From an uncultured virus (IMG/VR IMGVR_UViG_3300020576_002235) (taxonomy: Duplodnaviria; Heunggongvirae; Uroviricota; Caudoviricetes), in IMG/VR virus record IMGVR_UViG_3300020576_002235: a DNA stretch of 20,000 nucleotides; one strand, given 5' to 3'. Shown here in pieces: positions 14,189-20,000 of the stretch. Each line of letters opens with the position of its first letter. Position 1 is the first letter of the stretch. Under the pieces are notes generated by a model. The model saw nothing but the letters and a program-made list of their open reading frames with translations. It searched no databases and was not told where the DNA came from. A program made the position numbers and the translations under genes.

Positions 14189-16168
14189 TTAGAACTGGAC
14201 GTTGTACGTCTTCTGTAGGGCCACTCCTTGCACCTTGACAGTCACAACGTCTTTACGTGTGCTTGAAAAGCCCAGACCACTCAACTGCTGCTCGACAACA
14301 GGGCACTTAGATTTATTGCCAAGAACCTCGAACACCTTTCGGTGTGGTTCAAGGCTGCTCTTCAAGTACTCGTTGTAGATACCGCGAGTTGGCTCAGGGT
14401 TCTTACACCCTTCAAGAATGAAGAACCAATGCTTGTTGCCTGTGGCCTCGCCGTCCCAATGGTTCGGGCTGAATAATAAAGTGTTGACCTTCACGAAGGT
14501 CTCAGTTGCAATCCCCCACACCTCTTGACTAATGCCACCACCCACCAAACCCTTGGCGACAGCTGTTTGTGTGATGACACCCCTCTTGAGTGTGAGTGTG
14601 CAAACGTCCACTGTACCTACTACAGGCGCTTTGTAGGCAAGCTGGAACAGTTGACCTTCGTTCTCAACTTCCACAACAAACCCTACGTCTGTAGTCTCCC
14701 TGCGGGAGAATTGATGCACCTTGACAGTGTAGTTGCCATCGGGCACTGAAGTCCAGCTAACATTCTCTACAGGTGTTCGCGTCTTGCTATAGCCAGCATT
14801 CATATCGACATCCAGTTTGTAGCACTTATTGCGAAAGCTAATCTCGTTTCCGTTAGGCTCCCACACATGGATGTCCAAGTCATCATAGTTCCCCCATGAC
14901 AGGGATACGCGCAGCTTCGCATTGGTAACATTGCCACCGGCAGCCTTCACCCGCTCCTTAATGGAGTCTGTTACGTTGCCGTTGTATGACCAAGCGAAGT
15001 TGTTGCCCCACTTAAACAGTGCGCATGTATCGGCGTGGACAGGTGCTGTTAACGAGCACAGGTTGCTGCTGTGCTGTCCCTGCACCAGCATATCAATGCT
15101 CTGTGCGGTAGGCACCACGTCTGCCATAAACTTCTCAATGCTGATGTTCTCTGGCGGCGACTTACGTGTTGTCGGAGTTACAGACTTGAGTAGCAGTTCG
15201 TGCACACCGCCTTTCATGAGTGACTTCACGCTGTTATCAGCCCAAATGACATTGTTAACGGTAATGTCGCCAATGTTGGCAAAGCGCCGCTCCAAGGCCG
15301 ACTCAAGACCAAGGTCAGAGATAGTCTTCATAGCTGAGTTGACCATCGACTCGGTAATAAGCGCAGTGGTGCGCTTGTAGTTTGTCGGCGCTACTTTGCT
15401 CTCAAAAGAGCGTACAGCGTGTTCTAAGGGAATGCCCTCAGACAGTTCCTGTACCAGCGTACCGATAACCGTGTTGCGGAAACGTGCCACAGGTGCATCT
15501 GAACTAATCCACAAGAAACGATCACGCTCTTGAGAGTCCAGCGGCCACGACAGATAGGCGAGTTGTGCTTGCCTGAAAGCCTTAACCGCCTTCAAGTGCT
15601 CTTCTCCACGATACAGTGCGTTTGATTGAATCAACTCAATGACTTCCTTAACAGAAGCCTCACTCAACTCTTCCAGACCTCTCTGGAATACCTGGACAGA
15701 AGTGCGATAATCGCCTGCGGCTTTGTCAGGAGTGGAAGTGTGGTGGCGCGCAGCTACCTTTCCGTGGAAATGGTTCCAGTTAATCACTGTCCCTTCCACC
15801 AGTTGCGGAGTGACCTCCGCCCCATAGCTGCGCTCCTTTGTGCGAAACAGGTTTGTTATGGGCGAGGACAGCACGAGTTTGTCCAACTCTTCTGCAACCA
15901 CGTCATAAGGATATGGTGCGCCTTCAATAGACCAGACGCTCTGCAGCTTACCGTCAACCACAGCAACAGTGTTGCCGAGATTACGGACAAAATTCCTGCA
16001 GCAAGAGCAGGTGTGCTCTGTGTTGACCCGATAGATAGGGTCTGTGCCCTCCGGGAATGCCGCAAGATAAGCGGCCCACAAGGCATCGCCGTCGATGGTG
16101 GTGTAAAGCTCGTTAACACGCATGGTGTTGTATTGAGCGTGAACCAGGCTTGCAAAGTCTTTGAACAT
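14189..16168 (-). CDS. Large conserved phage protein with N-terminal HxCxCC metal motif and a YfaP/DUF2135-like domain (LRVSLSW..DDLDIHV..P...LDVD.N...ENV.W)
   Basis: 659-aa ORF with AAGGA RBS; motifs read directly from the translation. Confidence 0.85.
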   Translation of the reverse strand: MFKDFASLVHAQYNTMRVNELYTTIDGDALWAAYLAAFPEGTDPIYRVNTEHTCSCCRNFVRNLGNTVAVVDGKLQSVWSIEGAPYPYDVVAEELDKLVLSSPITNLFRTKERSYGAEVTPQLVEGTVINWNHFHGKVAARHHTSTPDKAAGDYRTSVQVFQRGLEELSEASVKEVIELIQSNALYRGEEHLKAVKAFRQAQLAYLSWPLDSQERDRFLWISSDAPVARFRNTVIGTLVQELSEGIPLEHAVRSFESKVAPTNYKRTTALITESMVNSAMKTISDLGLESALERRFANIGDITVNNVIWADNSVKSLMKGGVHELLLKSVTPTTRKSPPENISIEKFMADVVPTAQSIDMLVQGQHSSNLCSLTAPVHADTCALFKWGNNFAWSYNGNVTDSIKERVKAAGGNVTNAKLRVSLSWGNYDDLDIHVWEPNGNEISFRNKCYKLDVDMNAGYSKTRTPVENVSWTSVPDGNYTVKVHQFSRRETTDVGFVVEVENEGQLFQLAYKAPVVGTVDVCTLTLKRGVITQTAVAKGLVGGGISQEVWGIATETFVKVNTLLFSPNHWDGEATGNKHWFFILEGCKNPEPTRGIYNEYLKSSLEPHRKVFEVLGNKSKCPVVEQQLSGLGFSSTRKDVVTVKVQGVALQKTYNVQF

Positions 16169-16214
16169 AAATTTTCCTTGGTAGTCGGTGGAGTAGCCGA
16201 GATAAAAACTCCTT

Positions 16215-16240
16215 GATAAGCCTACTTTCGGAGGCTTATG
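16215..16240 (-). repeat. Palindromic element GATAAGCC-N10-GGCTTATG (as read on +), copy B, within a longer hairpin at 16208-16247
   Basis: Minus strand ACTCCCC-CATAAGCC-TCC-GAAA-GTA-GGCTTATC-AAGGAGT. Confidence 0.8.
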
Positions 16241-16252
16241 GGGGAGTGGACT

Positions 16253-16414
16253 CTAATCTACAAGCTCTCCGCTGGCATACATGCCAGAAACGAACAGGGC
16301 GATGAACATGATAGCCGCGTTGGTGTGCGAAACGCACTCACCAATAGCGGCGATTGCGAGCACGACCATACCCAAGAGGGATGCAGTCATGATAAGTGCG
16401 TGTAAGGCTTTCAT
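16253..16414 (-). CDS. Small membrane protein, 53 aa, two hydrophobic segments
   Basis: Hand-translated MKALHALIMTASLLGMVVLAIAAIGECVSHTNAAIMFIALFVSGMYASGELVD; ATGA overlap. Confidence 0.7.
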   Translation of the reverse strand: MKALHALIMTASLLGMVVLAIAAIGECVSHTNAAIMFIALFVSGMYASGELVD

Positions 16415-16638
16415 TCTTCGTCCCCTTGTACGGCGTCCACAAAGGACTCAACCAGATTCTTGAGCGCTTTAAGCTCCCCCTCTACCTGCTGCAGATGGTC
16501 TTGGTAATAAGTCAGGGCCTTGACAAAAGCTTCCTGCTCGGTAGCAGCCCGCATAGCGAGATTCATACCACGAGTCTTGTCATACAGCCAGTATCGGCCT
16601 TTAACGACAGTCAGTCCCAATGTTTCCGTTAATTTCAT
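16411..16638 (-). CDS. Hypothetical phage protein
   Basis: ORF track; GGAG RBS; overlaps neighbours. Confidence 0.75.
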   Translation of the reverse strand: MKLTETLGLTVVKGRYWLYDKTRGMNLAMRAATEQEAFVKALTYYQDHLQQVEGELKALKNLVESFVDAVQGDEE

Positions 16639-16868
16639 ATTAGTTGCTCCAGTGAATCTGCAATTTCAATAAGCCCGGCTGACTTACGCACACCGAACCC
16701 TTTGATACCATTCAGTAAGTGTGTTTTACCTTGCTCTGCTTGACGAGCAGCTATTGCGGCAGCTTGAGAAGCTCTCCCATGTAGTTTATCTATACCACGA
16801 TCAGTTCTAGCTGAACTAGGCTTAACAGCGCCAGAGGCAATGAGGGATTGACGTATAACATTTTTCAT
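16635..16868 (-). CDS. Hypothetical basic protein
   Basis: ORF track; AAGGA RBS. Confidence 0.7.
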   Translation of the reverse strand: MKNVIRQSLIASGAVKPSSARTDRGIDKLHGRASQAAAIAARQAEQGKTHLLNGIKGFGVRKSAGLIEIADSLEQLI

Positions 16869-16901
16869 GGTGATTTCCTTTTAATATGCCTCGTGTGAGG
16901 C

Positions 16902-16926
16902 GGGGTGGGTGATTGGGGTGGGTGGG
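16902..16926 (+). other. G-tract cluster GGGGTGGGTGATTGGGGTGGGTGGG (G4-competent; CACCCACCCC x2 on the minus strand)
   Basis: Five G-runs of 3 or more with short loops, in an intergenic gap. Confidence 0.7.
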
Positions 16927-17436
16927 TTAGAAAGCTCCACCGTCTTTTCGCATGTAGTCAGCTACTGCGTCTACATAATCGTCTAGAGTTTCCAGATAAA
17001 TCGGCTCGTGCTTAAAGTAGTCAAAGTCTTCTTTGTAGCCACGTTCTTTGTTGGACTGTCTTGTGCATTCGTAGCAAGTGAGCATACGACGCCAATCCGA
17101 GTTTCTACCGCGTAAGCACAATCTTGGCAGACCATTGACAACCTGAAAAGTTATATTCTGAGGGTGATACTTCAGTAAGTGCTGGACCTTACTTACAAAG
17201 GTCACGAAATGCGAGACAGATTCTGTGCAGTCCATATCGTCACCCTTAGCAACAAAATTAACTATCTCGTTACCCAACGCTATAACTAACTGTGGAAAGC
17301 CCTTTATAGGGAAGTCTTGTAGATACCTCTTAAATATCCGCATGTCTTGCTCAGCTATGTCTTCAAAGGTCTCTACGTTCAGCGGAAATTCACAAGGGTA
17401 GCCTTCGCTGTCTGGGTTGAATTTAGGTGTGATCAT
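16927..17436 (-). CDS. Hypothetical protein, 169 aa; first gene of the leftward unit
   Basis: Start moved to the ATG at 17436 (GGAG RBS, downstream of the leftward promoter). Confidence 0.7.
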   Translation of the reverse strand: MITPKFNPDSEGYPCEFPLNVETFEDIAEQDMRIFKRYLQDFPIKGFPQLVIALGNEIVNFVAKGDDMDCTESVSHFVTFVSKVQHLLKYHPQNITFQVVNGLPRLCLRGRNSDWRRMLTCYECTRQSNKERGYKEDFDYFKHEPIYLETLDDYVDAVADYMRKDGGAF

Positions 17437-17477
17437 CTGGAATGCTCCGAGTTGGCCGCAAAAGCGCGGCTGCAGAA

Positions 17478-17486
17478 ATTTTAGCA
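17478..17486 (-). promoter_or_regulatory. Leftward extended -10 promoter (TGcTAAAAT)
   Basis: TG-N-TAAAAT about 40 nt upstream of the ATG at 17436. Confidence 0.55.
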
Positions 17487-17505
17487 TGAAAAACGCGAAA
17501 ACAAG

Positions 17506-17533
17506 TTGAAACATGAGAAAACCGGAGTACAAT
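17506..17533 (+). promoter_or_regulatory. Rightward sigma70 promoter TTGAAA-N16-TACAAT
   Basis: Near-consensus -35 and -10 elements upstream of the AGGAG RBS and the ATG at 17557. Confidence 0.65.
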
Positions 17534-17556
17534 TCGTCGCTCAAACAGGAGAAATC

Positions 17557-17757
17557 ATGCCCTCGTACCCCGACCTTTCGGAAATAAAGACTCCAACGGT
17601 GCCGACCCGCCAAGCCGCGCACTACCTCGGGCGAACGCCTGACACCCTCCGGGTTTATGCTAGGAGCGAAAACCCTCCGATTGCGCCAAGCCGCTTCGCA
17701 GGGCGCTATCAATGGCCTGTAGCTGACATCAAGAAAATTGTGGGAGTTGCAGAATGA
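17557..17757 (+). CDS. Excisionase/AlpA-like HTH DNA-binding protein, 66 aa
   Basis: T.QAAHYLGRTPDTLR...P.R..GR..WPVADI winged-HTH pattern; start moved to 17557 because the track's TTG is the -35 box. Confidence 0.75.
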   Translation: MPSYPDLSEIKTPTVPTRQAAHYLGRTPDTLRVYARSENPPIAPSRFAGRYQWPVADIKKIVGVAE

Positions 17758-20000
17758 CTCTAGGAGCCTACACCCTATTCACCTCTACCACACCAATTGG
17801 TAAGCAATTCACTCTAGTCAATGGAGAGCTGATAAAGAAGGCTTTAGCTCACATGCACTCAGGGAGCTATGAAGTCAAGACTTACACAAGTGCAGACGAC
17901 TTTATAGCGCAGATACAGTGTGTGCAGACATCACAGGTCATCTCAGCTAGTGTGCCTGTTAATGGCACATTGGCAGGTGGTTTGACTACCAGCACTAAAC
18001 CGCGTGAAGGTTACTTGAGTCGAGAGAAAGAAAACTTCGACTTTGCTAAGACAGGTGGCGGCGTTTTGGCCTTGGACTATGACCCACGCGGAAAGCCATT
18101 CAAACGGGAAGAACTTGTAGAGTTCATACATAAGATCGGTGTAATTCCGGCAGATACGGCTATGGTTTGGTGGTGTAGCGGGTCAAGTCACATCTTTAAC
18201 GGAGACGCAGAGCTTCGTCGATTGAACGGCCCGCGCACCTACATGTTCGTGCATAACGCAGCAGACATCCCTAGAGTCGGCAAGGTAATCGCTGATAGAT
18301 GCTGGCTAAATGGTCTAGGTCACATACACATTAACAAACGTGGCGATAGAACCCCTCGCGGATTGTTTGACAAAGCAATGGCCGAACCAGCACGCCTTGA
18401 CTTTATTGGCGGCGCAATTTGCGAAGCTCCGCTAAGACAGGACAGAGGTGTGCCTGAAAACTTGGGCGGAGAAGGGTTGCTGGACACATACGCAGCATTC
18501 CCCGAACTATCAGAAATCGAGAAGCTTGAGGTAGCAACACTAAAAGCACAGGAATATGATAAAGCTGAGCCAGAATCCGTTGCAATCCACGAACTGTGGT
18601 TGACTACAGAGACACCAATACTTGCAGCACGCCTGATAAGTGAGGGAGCTACACCGAGAGAAGCCCATGCAAAAGCACAGGTGATATTACGAAGCGCTAG
18701 TGAACGTCAAAGCCTCACGTCTTCATTCAAGCTAATGCTAGAGGATGGTCAGCAAGTTACAGTGAAGACCGTGTTGGATGACAGACTGAAATATCATGGA
18801 GCAAAGACGCTTGATCCATTGGATCCTGACCACCGTGGCGGCGAATTTTGTGGGAAGTTATTCTTAAACCAAGAGCGTCCATGCCTTTTTAGTTTCGCAG
18901 ACGGCGGCGTCACTTACAGCTTGATTCGACAAGTCGTAGATATTGAAGTCATTCGCAATAATATCGCCATCACAGGAGGAGCTATCGCGAAAGCGTTAAA
19001 TAGTCACGGTGACATATTCCGGGCTGGCGGCGAGATTATCTGTGCGCAGGACGGTAAATTGCGTCCGTTAAAAGATGATCTGGAATTACTGATAAGTTTC
19101 CGTGCATCACTGTATACAGTTAACCAAGACGGTGTGCGCAAGTCTTTCAAGCTAGACGCAGACATGAAGAAAGGCGTAATGAGTTCGTTTGAACGTGTAC
19201 CAGAACTAGAACCTCCAGAAATCAAAAGCGTAGCTACTACAGGTTATGCAACGCCTGACAAGAGATTTGTATTAAATCCAGGCTTCGATGTAAAGACAGG
19301 TGTTTACTGTAACATGAAGCAGCCGATGAAATTGCCGGAGAAAGTGTCTAGGGCAGACGTGGAGGCAGCGTTACAGGTTATGTGGAAACCATTCGCAGCA
19401 TACAAATGGGCAAATGATGAGTCCAGATCAGGTTTGCTTGCCGCTATCTTTACAGCCGTACTTCGTCCTGCATTAAGCACCGCCCCAGGCTTTTTCATAG
19501 ACGCTAACGTACAGGCGAGCGGTAAAAGTAAGTGCGCAGAGGCTCTGTGTGCTATCCAAGCAGGAGCTAAAGTCGCCCCTTACGGATTCATGCGCGGAAA
19601 TCAAGACCAAGAATACTCGAAGTATCTCGCCTCGATATTAAGTACGTCTAAACGAGCGATGATTCTCGATAACTGCACTGGCGAAATAGATTCTGAAATT
19701 TTATCTGCTCTGATATTCTCATCCATGCACACAAGTCGCCGTTTGGGTACTAATACAGTTAATGAAAATACTGCGCGGATATTCTTTGTTGCAACAGGAA
19801 ATAATGCTTCGCTTTCAAACGACATGAATAGGCGACTTATTTGTTGCCGGATTAACACTGGCAGTCCGAAGCCGCGTGAACTGTCCTATGACTTTGAGCC
19901 AGAAGACTTGGCGCTCGAAAACAGGGAGGCTATTGTTCAGGCAGTGCTCACAGTGTTGAAAGCGTATTGGGCCGACCCTGTGCCGGTAACGTATAAGGGC
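17754..20000 (+). CDS. Primase-helicase fusion (AEP/PrimPol-like N-terminus, SF3-like helicase C-terminus), partial, at least 749 aa
   Basis: Hand-translated and open to the window end; ATGA overlap with the HTH gene. Motifs: LALDYD (DxD), S.SSH, D...EPARLDF; Walker A (PGFFIDANVQASGKS), Walker B (MILDN), motif C (VATGNN) and DMNRR arginine finger. Missing from the ORF track. Confidence 0.85.
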   Translation, partial: MTLGAYTLFTSTTPIGKQFTLVNGELIKKALAHMHSGSYEVKTYTSADDFIAQIQCVQTSQVISASVPVNGTLAGGLTTSTKPREGYLSREKENFDFAKTGGGVLALDYDPRGKPFKREELVEFIHKIGVIPADTAMVWWCSGSSHIFNGDAELRRLNGPRTYMFVHNAADIPRVGKVIADRCWLNGLGHIHINKRGDRTPRGLFDKAMAEPARLDFIGGAICEAPLRQDRGVPENLGGEGLLDTYAAFPELSEIEKLEVATLKAQEYDKAEPESVAIHELWLTTETPILAARLISEGATPREAHAKAQVILRSASERQSLTSSFKLMLEDGQQVTVKTVLDDRLKYHGAKTLDPLDPDHRGGEFCGKLFLNQERPCLFSFADGGVTYSLIRQVVDIEVIRNNIAITGGAIAKALNSHGDIFRAGGEIICAQDGKLRPLKDDLELLISFRASLYTVNQDGVRKSFKLDADMKKGVMSSFERVPELEPPEIKSVATTGYATPDKRFVLNPGFDVKTGVYCNMKQPMKLPEKVSRADVEAALQVMWKPFAAYKWANDESRSGLLAAIFTAVLRPALSTAPGFFIDANVQASGKSKCAEALCAIQAGAKVAPYGFMRGNQDQEYSKYLASILSTSKRAMILDNCTGEIDSEILSALIFSSMHTSRRLGTNTVNENTARIFFVATGNNASLSNDMNRRLICCRINTGSPKPRELSYDFEPEDLALENREAIVQAVLTVLKAYWADPVPVTYKG

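Noticed and set aside
68..16632. Plus-strand ORFs in the track (e.g. 5793..6317, 8659..9144, 10633..11097, 14922..15380, 15626..16216)
   Set aside because: They are antisense shadows of well-supported, tightly packed minus-strand genes, with no RBS or recognisable motifs.
17437..17712. N-terminal 92-aa extension of the 16927..17712 ORF
   Set aside because: It overlaps the divergent promoters and the HTH gene; the ATG at 17436 has a proper RBS and promoter.
17943..19858. Short minus-strand ORFs in the right-hand 2 kb
   Set aside because: They lie antisense to the continuous primase-helicase frame 17754..20000.
1..20000. Alternative genetic code or stop-codon reassignment
   Set aside because: Genes tile the window densely in code 11, and TAA, TAG and TGA all end genes at sensible boundaries.
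1..20000. tRNA/rRNA genes
   Set aside because: Intergenic gaps are short and I saw no cloverleaf with a T-loop GTTCRA signature.

Overview
This window looks like a segment of a tailed-phage (or prophage) genome. A proteobacterial, possibly betaproteobacterial, host is an inference from the protein families. Positions 1-17436 form one tightly packed minus-strand 'early/accessory' region of about 38 mostly small genes, many with ATGA/GTGA overlaps. It includes an ATP-dependent DNA ligase, an HNH homing endonuclease, an M28-type Zn peptidase with an acidic partner, two DUF2591-like paralogues, a 659-aa/129-aa gene pair and several very acidic hypothetical proteins. A divergent sigma70 promoter pair at about 17478-17533 separates this region from a plus-strand satellite/PICI-like replication module: a small HTH protein followed by an AEP-like primase/SF3-helicase fusion of at least 749 aa, which the ORF track missed because it runs off the window. 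The most notable non-coding signals are (i) a ~55-bp duplicated intergenic unit framing a single gene, (ii) two identical-arm GATAAGCC-N10-GGCTTATG hairpins bracketing the 659/129-aa pair, (iii) terminator-plus-RBS units between co-directional genes, (iv) a SymR-like antisense layout over the HNH start, and (v) a G-tract/C-rich element next to the first gene. Family assignments come from motif recognition only; no database searches were run.
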